A stretch of 64,000 bases of DNA, from assembly GCA_904394975.1 (NCBI GenBank), contig CAJFNQ010000017.1, positions 91,641 to 155,640 on the forward strand. The letters are read 5' to 3'. The notes beneath the pieces are model-generated. The model searched no databases and was not told where the DNA came from. It was given only the letters and a program-made list of their open reading frames with translations. Shown here piece by piece: positions 16,797-26,738 of this stretch. This DNA comes from Candidatus Metaruminococcus gallistercoris (GTDB lineage Bacteria; Bacillota; Clostridia; Oscillospirales; Ruminococcaceae). Position numbers and translations under genes: made by a program. How positions within the stretch are numbered: the stretch's first letter is position 1; every line of letters begins with the position of its first letter.

Positions 16797-19163
16797 TTAT
16801 TTCAATTCGGCGATGGTCACACCACTTTCTCCTTCACCATAAACACCCAACCGATAGGTACGAACACTCGGATGATTTTTTAGCCGCTGCTGAACCGCTT
16901 TCCGCAACGCTCCAGTTCCTTTTCCATGAATGATATTGATTTGGTGGATACCACTCATAACCGCATTATCAATAAACATATCCAAATCCATGAGCGCTTC
17001 TTCAACCGTTTCGCCCCGTAAATCTACTTCAGTTGTCACCTTGCGTTCCGCGTTAGAACGAACGTTTCGGGTAGTTTTCCCCTGAAACTGTACGGCTTTT
17101 TCCTTTAACAAACGCAAGTTAGAAATTGGCACACGGGTTTTTATAATTCCTGCCTGCACCAACACATTTCCGGAAGCGTCCGGCTCCTGCAAAACAGTGC
17201 CTTTTTTATCAATATCAAAAATCAGCACGACGTCACCTTTTTTTAAAGGTCTTGGCAGAACATAATCGGTATTTTTACGCTCGGTAACGGGATTCGCCAT
17301 ATCATAAAGTTTATCCATACGCCCTTTCAAGCCGGATTTTGCCTGAAAGGTGCGAATCGAAAACTCTTCCCGTTCCTTCTGCTTCCGGAGCTGATCCAAT
17401 TCGTCCATCAATTGCTGTGAAGCAGCGCGAACATCATCCACAATTTTTTTGGCAGTTTCTCTCGCGCGCTGAATTTCCTGCTCGGCCTGTTTTTCAGCAT
17501 TTTTACGCTGACGTTCCAATTCCTCGCGCATACGCTTGACTTCTACACTTTTTTCGGAAAGTTCGGTTTCAGCATGTTCATAGCGTTGGCGAGAGGCCTC
17601 CAGTGAATCCACAACTTCCTCAAAGCGCTTGTTTTCGGTGGAAACTAACTGACCGGCTTCTTCAATGATATCCGGCGCAAGGCCAAGTCGTCTGGAAATG
17701 GCAAACGCATTCGAACGACCCGGAACACCAATCAATAAACGATAAGTAGGCATGAGGGTTTGGATATCAAATTCACAGCAAGCATTTTCTACCCTGGATG
17801 TTTGCAACGCATACATTTTCAATTCTGCATAATGAGTCGTAGCGGCAAGTTTGCATCCAATGGTACGAAACTGTTCCAAAATAGCAGTTGCCAGTGCTGC
17901 ACCTTCTACCGGATCGGTACCGGAGCCGAGTTCATCCAACAAAACCAATGAATGTTCCGTAACATGCCGCAAAATAAATACAATATTTTTCATATGAGCA
18001 GAAAAAGTAGAAAGACTTTGCTCAATGCTCTGCTCATCACCAATGTCTACGAGAACACGGTCAAACACCGAAATGCGGCTTCCCTCTCCGGCGGGGATCA
18101 ATAAACCGCACATGGTCATAATGGTTAATAACCCAATCGTTTTTAGGGTTACTGTTTTTCCACCGGTGTTCGGGCCAGTAATAACGAGTTGTTCAAACTC
18201 TTCTCCTAATTCCAAATCAATCGGCACTACTTTATCCGATGGAATCAAAGGATGTCTTGCCTTTTTTAACAGAATACGCCCGTCATCCGCTACAACGGGT
18301 GTTGTTGCTTTTATATCCAGCGCATATTCTGACTTGGCAAAAATCACATTTAAAACAACCGAGTAATCAAAATCCGCCTGAATTTCTTCTGCGACATCTG
18401 CGCACAAAGCAGAAAGTTCAGCAAGAATGCGCTCAATTTCTTCATTTTCCTGCGCTTGAAGAACACGAACTTCGTTGTTTACTTCAACAACCGAAACCGG
18501 TTCAATAAACATGGTGGCGCCACTGGCAGATGTATCGTGTACAAGACCTGGTACTTCATTGCGATATTCCGCTTTTACCGGAACAACAAAACGCCCGTCA
18601 CGAATGGTGACAATTGCATCCTGCAAATATTTCTGATACGAAGGCGAGCGAATCATTTTATCAAGGTGATCCCGGGCTTTTGTATGAAGATTGCGAATTT
18701 TTCTGCGTATGGAGAATAATGCGTCACTCGCGGAATCATCGATTTCATCCTCAGAAAGAATCGAATCAAAAATGCGTTCTTCCAATTGTTTTCGCTGAGC
18801 CAACGCTTCAAAAAACGGTTTTAAAGACCCAACAGTATCTGTTTGCCCTTTCCACTCCAACAATAACCGCGCCTGACGCAAAACAGCTGCTACGGAAAGC
18901 AAATCTAAATTCGACAAAACGCCGCCTGCTGAACATCGTTTCAAAAACGATTCAGGATTTTTTAAATTTTGAAAACGCGGAAGGCCAAAACGCAAGGAAA
19001 GAGATAGCGCATCCGAAGTTTGTTCAACCAATCGAGAAACTTCCTCAAATTTATAGCTTGGTTCGAGCGATTCAATCCGATCTTTCGCTTCGTCAATTAC
19101 CGCTTTTTCTGAAACTTTATGTAATATTTTGTCAAGTTCAAGCGCTTTACAGTGCTTTTTCAT
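16797..19163 (-). CDS. mutS2: Endonuclease MutS2
   Basis: MutS ATPase domain (ITGPNTGGKT, LLDELGSGTDP), a coiled-coil region, and a C-terminal Smr domain (IIHGKGTGALR). Confidence 0.96.
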   Translation of the reverse strand: MKKHCKALELDKILHKVSEKAVIDEAKDRIESLEPSYKFEEVSRLVEQTSDALSLSLRFGLPRFQNLKNPESFLKRCSAGGVLSNLDLLSVAAVLRQARLLLEWKGQTDTVGSLKPFFEALAQRKQLEERIFDSILSEDEIDDSASDALFSIRRKIRNLHTKARDHLDKMIRSPSYQKYLQDAIVTIRDGRFVVPVKAEYRNEVPGLVHDTSASGATMFIEPVSVVEVNNEVRVLQAQENEEIERILAELSALCADVAEEIQADFDYSVVLNVIFAKSEYALDIKATTPVVADDGRILLKKARHPLIPSDKVVPIDLELGEEFEQLVITGPNTGGKTVTLKTIGLLTIMTMCGLLIPAGEGSRISVFDRVLVDIGDEQSIEQSLSTFSAHMKNIVFILRHVTEHSLVLLDELGSGTDPVEGAALATAILEQFRTIGCKLAATTHYAELKMYALQTSRVENACCEFDIQTLMPTYRLLIGVPGRSNAFAISRRLGLAPDIIEEAGQLVSTENKRFEEVVDSLEASRQRYEHAETELSEKSVEVKRMREELERQRKNAEKQAEQEIQRARETAKKIVDDVRAASQQLMDELDQLRKQKEREEFSIRTFQAKSGLKGRMDKLYDMANPVTERKNTDYVLPRPLKKGDVVLIFDIDKKGTVLQEPDASGNVLVQAGIIKTRVPISNLRLLKEKAVQFQGKTTRNVRSNAERKVTTEVDLRGETVEEALMDLDMFIDNAVMSGIHQINIIHGKGTGALRKAVQQRLKNHPSVRTYRLGVYGEGESGVTIAELK

Positions 19164-19921
19164 TCTTTTATTTCCTCCATTAATGAATGATAAATCTCCA
19201 AGGATTTAAAGCTTCGTTCAGTATGATACAACACATATTTTTCTGTTATCGCAGACAAAAGGCAAGCAGAATCCTTTGATACCGTAAAGCTAAACAGCTT
19301 GTCATCAGAAGAATAAATAATATGCCTTAATGCTGCCAAAACAGAGGGTGTTAATTGACAAAAGTATGCGCTGATTGCGTCCTTTTTACAGGCATCACAC
19401 AACAAGCAGCCTCGTGATAAATCAAAATAAAATATGCTCTTTTCATAAGCGTGGCATTCTTTGCAGCATACCAAATCAGGCATAAATCCAGCCATAGAAA
19501 TCAATCGAAATTCATTCACTGCTTTCAGAAAACGAGTGCTTTTCTTATCCTCTTTTAAAAGATAAAAGCTGTTGAGTAAAAGCCGTTTGATTGGGAGAAG
19601 GTGTTCTTGTGAAGGCGTTAAAAAACAAACCAGTTCACACAAATAATCCGCCAATGCCACTTTTGTGACATCCAGGCGGAGATTATAAAATGTTTCAATT
19701 GCTGTGGCTTTTGTAACGGAATAACGATCTTTATTATGAAAAAGTGTCAATTCGCTGTAACAAAACGGCTGAAGCGCACCGTTTAATTTGCTTTTTGGCC
19801 GCTTTACTCCGCGTGCAGCTGCTTCAATAATTCCAAGTTCTTCTGTCAACAGCGTTACGATTGCATCGTTTTCGCCGATGCTCCGCTTTTTTAATACCAC
19901 TCCGTTGATGGTTGTAACCAT
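19160..19921 (-). CDS. recO: DNA repair protein RecO
   Basis: MVTTINGVVLKKRSIGENDAIVTLLTEELG... is a RecO N-terminus, with a CxxC...CxxC zinc motif. GAGGAGGG SD before the ATG at 19921. The 3' end overlaps the mutS2 start by 4 nt. Confidence 0.9.
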   Translation of the reverse strand: MVTTINGVVLKKRSIGENDAIVTLLTEELGIIEAAARGVKRPKSKLNGALQPFCYSELTLFHNKDRYSVTKATAIETFYNLRLDVTKVALADYLCELVCFLTPSQEHLLPIKRLLLNSFYLLKEDKKSTRFLKAVNEFRLISMAGFMPDLVCCKECHAYEKSIFYFDLSRGCLLCDACKKDAISAYFCQLTPSVLAALRHIIYSSDDKLFSFTVSKDSACLLSAITEKYVLYHTERSFKSLEIYHSLMEEIKE

Positions 19922-20027
19922 CCGGATAGCCCTCCTCGCGGTGTACTGCAACAGCATTACAGTAATTTAAATAATCTTCTACTTTTCCTGTTTGTTCAAA
20001 TTTGCACCAAGCTTCAAATTCATTCAT
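19824..20027 (-). CDS. yqzL: YqzL-family small protein (C-terminally extended, overlaps recO)
   Basis: MNEFEAWCKFEQTGKVEDYLNY matches the YqzL W-x-F-x-x-TG-x-x-x-YL motif. It sits at the conserved era-yqzL-recO position. Confidence 0.65.
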   Translation of the reverse strand: MNEFEAWCKFEQTGKVEDYLNYCNAVAVHREEGYPDGYNHQRSGIKKAEHRRKRCNRNAVDRRTWNY

Positions 20028-20133
20028 AATTTAATCCCTCACTGAAAACAAAAAGTCTTCATTAAAATTTTTGCCTTTGAAAGATAAATTATAAATGGGA
20101 ATCTTTCCATATTAAGCTGGTAAGTTTTTGCAT

Positions 20134-21045
20134 TTACAAACCGAAGTTTTTCATGAAACGTTCATTATTTCTCCAGTCATTTCTAACCTTCACCCAACAC
20201 TGCAGGTTAACATGCACGCCCAAAAAGTTTTCAATTTCTTTTCTTGATTCGGATGCAATTTTTTTAAGCATAGAACCGCCTTTGCCGATGATGATGCCTT
20301 TGTGGCTGTCTTTTTCGCAAAAAATCTCAGCTTCAATATCAAGAATATCAGCATTTTCGCGCTCTCTCATTTTTTCAATCACAACAGCTGTACCGTGCGG
20401 TATCTCCTGTTGAAGATTGTTAAGCAATTTTTCCCGTATGATTTCTGCAGCAATTACTTTTTCCGGCTGATCGGTAAGTGTATCATCAGGAAAAAAATGA
20501 ACCCCTTCAACTGCGTACTTCCGTACTTCTGCCATCAAACGGTCTAATCCGTCGTGCTCCGATACGCTGACCGGAATCACCGCAGAAAACGGAAACAACG
20601 CGGAAAATTGCTCAATACGTTTCATCAGGCTTGCTTTATCGGAAAGAAGATCAATCTTGTTTAAAACAAGGATCGCCGGCGCACCATCCTGACGTACGTT
20701 TTCCAGAAGCTGTTTTTCGGCTGTTGTAACCTCTTCGCCTTGTGCCTCCGCCATAAAAAGAATAACATCGACATCCGACATTGATTCTTTCACCGTGTCG
20801 ATCATGTGCTCGGAAAGCTTTGTGCGCGGTTTATGGAAACCAGGCGTATCCAGAAAAACATACTGATACGCGTCTTCTGTTAAAACACCCGTGATTCTAG
20901 TGCGAGTTGTTTGAGGTTTATCCGAAACAATAGCGATTTTTTCACCCATGACAGCATTCATCAAAGATGATTTACCAACATTGGGTTTCCCTACGATCGC
21001 AATAAATTCATGATATGATTCTTGCAAAATACGCTCCTTTTTCAA
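20134..21045 (-). CDS. era: GTPase Era
   Basis: G1 motif GKPNVGKSS, DTPG, NKID, and a C-terminal KH domain. Confidence 0.96.
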   Translation of the reverse strand: MKKERILQESYHEFIAIVGKPNVGKSSLMNAVMGEKIAIVSDKPQTTRTRITGVLTEDAYQYVFLDTPGFHKPRTKLSEHMIDTVKESMSDVDVILFMAEAQGEEVTTAEKQLLENVRQDGAPAILVLNKIDLLSDKASLMKRIEQFSALFPFSAVIPVSVSEHDGLDRLMAEVRKYAVEGVHFFPDDTLTDQPEKVIAAEIIREKLLNNLQQEIPHGTAVVIEKMRERENADILDIEAEIFCEKDSHKGIIIGKGGSMLKKIASESRKEIENFLGVHVNLQCWVKVRNDWRNNERFMKNFGL

Positions 21046-21055
21046 TGAACAAACA

Positions 21056-21547
21056 TTAACGCTTGCGTTTTAATTTTGAACCAAATATAATAAACCAAAT
21101 GCCCAAAACCAGCAATAAAAGAAATGGAAGAATTAAAACAGGATACTCTAAAATCCGCTCCAAACATTTTATTAATCTTTCGGGCTGAATGAACAATATC
21201 ACTCCAACGATCACCGAAGCAACTGCTGTAAGAAAAACTGCTCCGGCTGCAACATCTTTTGCGATACGCGCAATGTTGTGATAGGAAGTGGTTTCTAAAT
21301 TAACCAGAGCTTCAATCGCTGTGTTAATCATTTCACATACGAGAACCATAGCCGAAGTGAGAATTAACACGATCCATTCTTGACGTTCCAACCCATAAAT
21401 CACAGAAAAATAAAAAACAAGCGCCAAAACTGTTAAATGGATACGCATATTTCGCTCATTCGTAATGCAAAACCGAATTCCGCGAAACGCATAAACGAAG
21501 CTTCTGGCAAGCCCTTTTACTTCATCTTTAACGTATTTCATCGTCAA
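21056..21547 (-). CDS. dgkA: Diacylglycerol/undecaprenol kinase DgkA family, with an extra C-terminal TM segment
   Basis: FRGIRFCITNERNMRIH and EMINTAIEALVNL motifs. Lies in the ybeY-dgkA-era context. Confidence 0.88.
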   Translation of the reverse strand: MTMKYVKDEVKGLARSFVYAFRGIRFCITNERNMRIHLTVLALVFYFSVIYGLERQEWIVLILTSAMVLVCEMINTAIEALVNLETTSYHNIARIAKDVAAGAVFLTAVASVIVGVILFIQPERLIKCLERILEYPVLILPFLLLLVLGIWFIIFGSKLKRKR

Positions 21548-22037
21548 TTGTATAACTTACATTACGCGGGATTCCCAAATTGGTAAGGATTTTTTCTTCT
21601 TTTTCTCTCATCTTTAAAGCTTCAATCCCATTGATTTCATGGTCGTACCCTAACAGGTGTAACATTGAGTGTACTGTTAAAAACCCAACTTCTCTTTGAA
21701 GGGGATGCCCGTAAATTTCTGCCTGTTTAACCGCAGTCTCCATTGAAATTACAATATCTCCCAAGCAGCATGCGCCGGTTTCCGGATCAACGTCATATTT
21801 TCCGTTTTCACACAGCGGGAAAGATAAAACATCGGTCGATATATCTTTATTACGGTAAAACGAATTCAACCGCTTAATTTCTTCATTGTTTACAAAGCTA
21901 ACGCTGATTTCCGCATCATTTTCAAAATTTTCTTCGCGAAGCACTGCATTACAGCAGCGACGAATCAACAACCGAATTCCGGACGGAATTTTTATTTCAC
22001 GCTGTTTATTGCTGATGGAAACCTTCACTTTTTCCAT
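21528..22037 (-). CDS. ybeY: rRNA maturation endoribonuclease YbeY
   Basis: HSMLHLLGYDH zinc-binding motif. The 3' end overlaps dgkA by 20 nt. Confidence 0.93.
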   Translation of the reverse strand: MEKVKVSISNKQREIKIPSGIRLLIRRCCNAVLREENFENDAEISVSFVNNEEIKRLNSFYRNKDISTDVLSFPLCENGKYDVDPETGACCLGDIVISMETAVKQAEIYGHPLQREVGFLTVHSMLHLLGYDHEINGIEALKMREKEEKILTNLGIPRNVSYTIDDEIR

Positions 22038-22242
22038 TTTGATGCCCCTTTTCTTTTACAAAACCTACAACATTCAGCAGTAAAAATTTGTATGTTATCT
22101 TTTTAACAGCCAAACCTATTATATACTAAACAAGCTGTTTTTGTACAGAGTATTTTTTTAAAAAAGGTGGCTTTTTAAATAAATATTTACAATATTATTG
22201 AATTTATAAATAAAAAAACGTCTTAATTGTACAAAAAATGCA

Positions 22243-22272
22243 AAAAAAGAAAGCCATTAATGGCTTTCTTTT
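22243..22272 (-). terminator. Intrinsic terminator after phoH
   Basis: AGAAAGCCA-TTAA-TGGCTTTCT followed by a T-run, directly after the stop codon. Confidence 0.8.
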
Positions 22273-23271
22273 TTAATTCTTTTTAAACGAAGCTTTTCCG
22301 CGTTTTTCCTCTTCGCGTTTTTCTTCCCGTTCGAACGCTTTTACAATATCTCGGACGAGCTTATGACGCACAACATCACGATTTGATAAACGAATCACCG
22401 CAATGGATTCAATTCCGTTCAAAATACTGGCACATCGTTCCAAACCGGAGTCTGATACTTTAGGCAGGTCGATCTGGGTGACATCACCCGTTAAAATCAT
22501 TCTGGAACCTTCTCCAAGTCTGGTTAATGCCATCTTGAGTGTGGGAAGTGAGGCGTTCTGGCTTTCATCAATCAAAACCATGGCACGGTTTAATGTTCTG
22601 CCTCGCATATATGCAAGCGGAGCAATTTCAATTACACCGCGTTCCTGGTATTTTTTTACCTGCTCCACCCCTAAAATGTCATCCAGCGCATCGTACAACG
22701 GACGAAGGTAAGGGTCCACTTTCTGAGACAGATCTCCGGGCAAAAAACCAAGCCGTTCCTCACCTGCCTCAATAGCTGGGCGGCTCATAACAATACGATC
22801 GATCGTGCCTTTTTTCAGTTCTGTTACCGCAGCCGCAACGGCCAAAAACGTTTTTCCTGTACCAGCCGGACCAATACAGATGGTTACCGTATTATCGTTT
22901 AATGCTTTTACATAGTTTTTCTGTCCAATTGTCTTGCACTTGATCGGCTGTCCGCGATGGGTAATTGCCACAACGTTGGTCATCGCACGAAACGCGTCTT
23001 CCATCTCACCGTTTCGAACCAACTCAATCGTTCTGCCTACCACATCGTCATTTATGATCTCTCCGCTGTTATAGATCCTTTTCAGCGCATTCATAACTGC
23101 AACGGCAACATCAATATTTCCTTCTTCTTCGCCACGCACTTCAACTTTTGAATCACGCAGGCTCACCTGAACAGACAAAGTCTTTTCAATTTGTTTAATA
23201 TTGCTGTCCTGTAACCCAAATACACCTATTTGCTGATCAATTGTTTCAAAATCAACTTGCCCTGTTTGCAA
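22273..23271 (-). CDS. phoH: PhoH-family ATPase
   Basis: GPAGTGKT Walker A, the PhoH core (LGFLPGDL, DESQN), and an N-terminal KH-like region. TTG start. Confidence 0.93.
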   Translation of the reverse strand: MQTGQVDFETIDQQIGVFGLQDSNIKQIEKTLSVQVSLRDSKVEVRGEEEGNIDVAVAVMNALKRIYNSGEIINDDVVGRTIELVRNGEMEDAFRAMTNVVAITHRGQPIKCKTIGQKNYVKALNDNTVTICIGPAGTGKTFLAVAAAVTELKKGTIDRIVMSRPAIEAGEERLGFLPGDLSQKVDPYLRPLYDALDDILGVEQVKKYQERGVIEIAPLAYMRGRTLNRAMVLIDESQNASLPTLKMALTRLGEGSRMILTGDVTQIDLPKVSDSGLERCASILNGIESIAVIRLSNRDVVRHKLVRDIVKAFEREEKREEEKRGKASFKKN

Positions 23272-23384
23272 AAGTTTCCCTCGCTTTATTCAACGCATTA
23301 AATGCAATTTGTATATACTAATCGTATTCATTATAGTTTACTTTTTACCATTTTTCAAGATGAATACCCGTTTCAAATAATTTC

Positions 23385-24563
23385 TCAAGAGGAAAACATC
23401 ATCTCTTCCAACGCAATATCCTCATAACAAACAAAACTTACTTTAAGCTGAAACCGGTCTTCCAGTTCAATCAACTCAGGTGTCACCTGTCTTATTTCAA
23501 CTCCAACAAGTTGTGCATCTTGATAACTCTGTAAAATCTCATTCAGCCTCTGTTCAGCGGTTTCCTTTGTATAAGTTACACTTTCAGATTCATATCCAAC
23601 ATAGCATAACTTTTCAATTCCCATAGGAAGTTCGACACCAAAAACACTCCAAGGTGAATATTGTGAAGAGATTTGATATTCTTCATTGACGGGTAGTGCA
23701 ATAAACAATGGCAATTTCAATCCAAATAAGTTCAAATAGTTCCGTTCAAAATATTTACCGTTTTCCGTTCGTATCGTTTCCTGTTTCATTACTTCAAACG
23801 TTTCATCAAAATAAGTTTCAGCATAAATTTTCCCACGGGCATGAATGAACCTTAGTGAATCGGAAGAATGGTCCATAACACCGCTGACTAATAAATCACC
23901 TTTTGCCACAACACTGCCAACTTCAACAACCGGCTGTCCGGAATATATTTCGGTGTACTTGATCACGCCTGCCTTTGATGCAACGACGTTGCAAGGTGTT
24001 TCCTCATCCAAAATTTCAGGAGGTTCCTCCGCTTCTTTCATTTCAACGACAATTCTGCTTCCGTAATTATTGATCGCAAACCACGAAATATCATCCAATT
24101 CCAAAACAACCTCATTTTGTATTTCTCGTAAATTCAATGACGGTAAAAACGCGCCGGGACGCAACCCGTGCTCCTCTAGAACGTGCAGCACGCGCTCTGT
24201 GCTGTTTTTTTCATTCCCAACAACATCAAGTGTCCATACAAAGTTTTGCATGAACAGAATCAAGATTGCAAACAAAAACAGACCAATTATCATTCCTAAC
24301 CTTTTTTTATACTTTTTTGCTAAAAACGGCAGTCCGAACCGTTTTTTCACCCGAATGCGAACACCACATTTTTTTGCCTGAACAGCCAGCTTTTTGTAAT
24401 CTCCCGCAAACGCAAAAGCCCGAACTTCTTCTGGAGTACTTTCCATACCCCATAAATTAATATTTTGACTCGATATCAAGTTTAAGAAACGCTCAAAGTA
24501 GCCTCCGGAAGCATGAAAAAAGACATAGCCTTTTATCAGACGGAATAATTTTAAAATAATCAC
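23385..24563 (-). CDS. yqfD: Sporulation protein YqfD
   Basis: Size, a single central TM helix and the yqfC-yqfD-phoH synteny all match Bacillus. Confidence 0.85.
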   Translation of the reverse strand: MIILKLFRLIKGYVFFHASGGYFERFLNLISSQNINLWGMESTPEEVRAFAFAGDYKKLAVQAKKCGVRIRVKKRFGLPFLAKKYKKRLGMIIGLFLFAILILFMQNFVWTLDVVGNEKNSTERVLHVLEEHGLRPGAFLPSLNLREIQNEVVLELDDISWFAINNYGSRIVVEMKEAEEPPEILDEETPCNVVASKAGVIKYTEIYSGQPVVEVGSVVAKGDLLVSGVMDHSSDSLRFIHARGKIYAETYFDETFEVMKQETIRTENGKYFERNYLNLFGLKLPLFIALPVNEEYQISSQYSPWSVFGVELPMGIEKLCYVGYESESVTYTKETAEQRLNEILQSYQDAQLVGVEIRQVTPELIELEDRFQLKVSFVCYEDIALEEMMFSS

Positions 24564-24575
24564 TTTATCCTCCTG

Positions 24576-24863
24576 CTAGTCCAAATATTCTACCATTCTG
24601 ATCTTGCCTTGAATAATGATGTTCTCACTGTTCAAGCACTTTATGGAAAGGTCTGTCCCGGTAAATTTCACCTGCATTTTATGAATTGCCACCCGAATCA
24701 TAATGTCGTTATACTCCAGAATTCCTTGGCAACCTTCAATGACCGCTTCGCTGTTTCCGAGCAGTTCGATTTGAGAAATACCATTGCTCAACGAATCAAA
24801 CGGCAGCTGCAATGCGTCGGATACCAGCTGTTTCCCCGCTTGTCTTTTTCCCCGTTTCCACAT
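24576..24863 (-). CDS. yqfC: Sporulation protein YqfC (YabP family)
   Basis: 95-aa YabP-like protein (LLGNSEAVIEGCQGILEYND) immediately upstream of yqfD. Confidence 0.85.
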   Translation of the reverse strand: MWKRGKRQAGKQLVSDALQLPFDSLSNGISQIELLGNSEAVIEGCQGILEYNDIMIRVAIHKMQVKFTGTDLSIKCLNSENIIIQGKIRMVEYLD

Positions 24864-24900
24864 ATCATCACTTCCATTTTAAAACTAAAGCTTTACAAAT

Positions 24901-24928
24901 ATATTAGCTGGCAGACAAACATATACAT
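24901..24928 (+). promoter_or_regulatory. Candidate sigma-E-type promoter for ylbJ (ATATT-14-CATATACAT)
   Basis: Resembles the mother-cell consensus kmATATT-14-CATACAmT. It lies 30 nt upstream of the ylbJ start. Confidence 0.35.
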
Positions 24929-24957
24929 TGTTTAAAGGGATTGCAAGGAGGAATTTT

Positions 24958-26079
24958 ATGACCCGTCAGTTTACCCCCAAAAAGGCACAGATCAGCATAG
25001 CGGCTTTTGTTATGTTGTTAATTTGCGCGCTTCTATTCCGTTCGGCAGAAATATCAAGCGGGATATCGCATGCGATTGATCTTTGCCTTTATACCGTATT
25101 TCCTTCCCTTTTCGGGATGATGATTCTGTCCAACCTGATTCTGGATTCGCAGATTTTTCATTGGCTCCTTCGCCCTTTTTCCGGCATTGCAAGATACATT
25201 TTCCGTGTATCCGATCATTTAACAGTTGTTTTGCTTCTCAGTTTTATTGGAGGATATCCAGTCGGCGCCAAATTACTCAATGAACTATGTAAAAGTGGAA
25301 AACTTTCCACCGATGAAGCGGAGCGGCTTCTTTGCTTCTGTGTCAACGCAGGACCGGCTTTTATTGTATCCGCTGTATCCGTTCCGGTTTTTCACAACAC
25401 AATGGTAGGATTTCTGGTTTTAGCATCTCACCTACTGTCCAACCTGGTACTTGGCTTTATCAGCGGCATCAAAAAACCAATTCCCCCAAAACTCGTTGCA
25501 CCAAATTCATCATCGGGAAAACCTTTTTCGGTTCGAATGGTCAATTCCGTCAACTCCGCAGTACGGGCAATGTGTGTGGTATGCGCATTTATCATCACAT
25601 TTTCTGTTTTACTTACTCTCATTCAATTGTCCGGCGTGAAAGAAACGATGATACACATTCTTTCATCATTTATACCGCCTCAGGATGCCTCCGCACTCGT
25701 GACCGGTATATTCGAGGTAACACAAGGTTGTATGTTCATCAGCGGGAATACCGAATTTTCCGTTTTGTTGTTTACCGGCATTACCGCATGGGGCGGGCTT
25801 TGTGTGCATCTGCAACTGTCTGCTCTGTTAACGGAAAGTGGAATCAAAATGAAGCGATTCTTTCTTTGGAGAATTCCTCACATCCTATTAAGCGTTATTT
25901 TTTGTAAGCTTTTACTCGCTTGTTTTTCACCCGTTCTTGCCACGTTTGCGGCCGGAGATTCCATACAGTATGAAGTAGGTTCCAAATCCCCGTTTGTAAG
26001 CCTTTTTCTAATTTTACTTTGCGTAATTCTGTTGTTTACCGCAAGAAAATCTGGTACAATAAATAAAAAGCATGTATGA
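24958..26079 (+). CDS. ylbJ: Sporulation integral membrane protein YlbJ (nucleoside-recognition/Gate domains)
   Basis: Polytopic membrane protein with SFIGGYPVGAKLL. AAGGAGG SD before the ATG at 24958. The ORF track starts at TTG 24928. Confidence 0.8.
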   Translation: MTRQFTPKKAQISIAAFVMLLICALLFRSAEISSGISHAIDLCLYTVFPSLFGMMILSNLILDSQIFHWLLRPFSGIARYIFRVSDHLTVVLLLSFIGGYPVGAKLLNELCKSGKLSTDEAERLLCFCVNAGPAFIVSAVSVPVFHNTMVGFLVLASHLLSNLVLGFISGIKKPIPPKLVAPNSSSGKPFSVRMVNSVNSAVRAMCVVCAFIITFSVLLTLIQLSGVKETMIHILSSFIPPQDASALVTGIFEVTQGCMFISGNTEFSVLLFTGITAWGGLCVHLQLSALLTESGIKMKRFFLWRIPHILLSVIFCKLLLACFSPVLATFAAGDSIQYEVGSKSPFVSLFLILLCVILLFTARKSGTINKKHV

Positions 26080-26303
26080 AAAGAGGCTGCAAAGTGAAAT
26101 TATTTGGTGATCATATCGACCCCGCATGTGAATATTGCGAACACGGAACCCGCACCAAAGACGGGCAAATGATCCTTTGCATGAAAAACGGTGTTGTTTC
26201 TCCTTTTTATCACTGCAAAAAATACGTTTATTCTCCTTTGCTGCGTATCCCTAAGAAGAATATAACAATACCAAAGTACAGCAAAAAAGATTTTATGTAT
26301 TAA
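26076..26303 (+). CDS. Small Cys-motif protein of unknown function
   Basis: The ATGA start overlaps the ylbJ stop. A CEYCEH motif plus more distant Cys residues suggest a possible zinc ribbon. GTG at 26094 with an AGAGG SD is the alternative start. Confidence 0.55.
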   Translation: MKRGCKVKLFGDHIDPACEYCEHGTRTKDGQMILCMKNGVVSPFYHCKKYVYSPLLRIPKKNITIPKYSKKDFMY

Positions 26304-26312
26304 TGTAAAGGT

Positions 26313-26729
26313 GTGATTTTTATTAGCTGCTTTGACGTAAAATATGAACAGCCTAAACAGTTAAGCCCTTTGGTTATGGCGTTTATCGGCGACGCCGTAT
26401 ATGGGTTGCTGGTACGCCAAAGGCTGGTTCTCAAAGCAAATCAGCCCGTTTCAGCTCTTCATAAAAAATCGGTTCATTATGTCAACGCAAGTGCTCAAGC
26501 ACGCGGTGCAGGCGCTATTTTTCCCTTATTGACTGAAGAAGAACAGACAATTTATAAACGTGGCCGTAACGCAGAGGTCAATTCTGTTCCCAAAAACGCA
26601 AATGTTGCTGATTACCATAAAGCAACCGGATTAGAAGCACTGTTTGGATTTTTATATTTCAGTAACAATCATGAACGAATCGCGTATTTATTTGACCTGA
26701 TTTGGGATACAATAGAAGCAGAAGATTAA
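26313..26729 (+). CDS. mrnC: Mini-ribonuclease 3
   Basis: LSPLVMAFIGDAVYGLLVRQRL and YHKATGLEALFGFLY are RNase III-like motifs. The protein has the Mini-III size. The start codon (GTG at 26313) is uncertain. Confidence 0.88.
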   Translation: MIFISCFDVKYEQPKQLSPLVMAFIGDAVYGLLVRQRLVLKANQPVSALHKKSVHYVNASAQARGAGAIFPLLTEEEQTIYKRGRNAEVNSVPKNANVADYHKATGLEALFGFLYFSNNHERIAYLFDLIWDTIEAED

Positions 26730-26738
26730 TGCTGCGAG

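Noticed and set aside
25332-25907. 191-aa plus-strand ORF in an alternative frame of ylbJ
   Set aside because: It is embedded out of frame in a well-supported membrane-protein gene and gives an Arg/Cys-rich nonsense-like translation.
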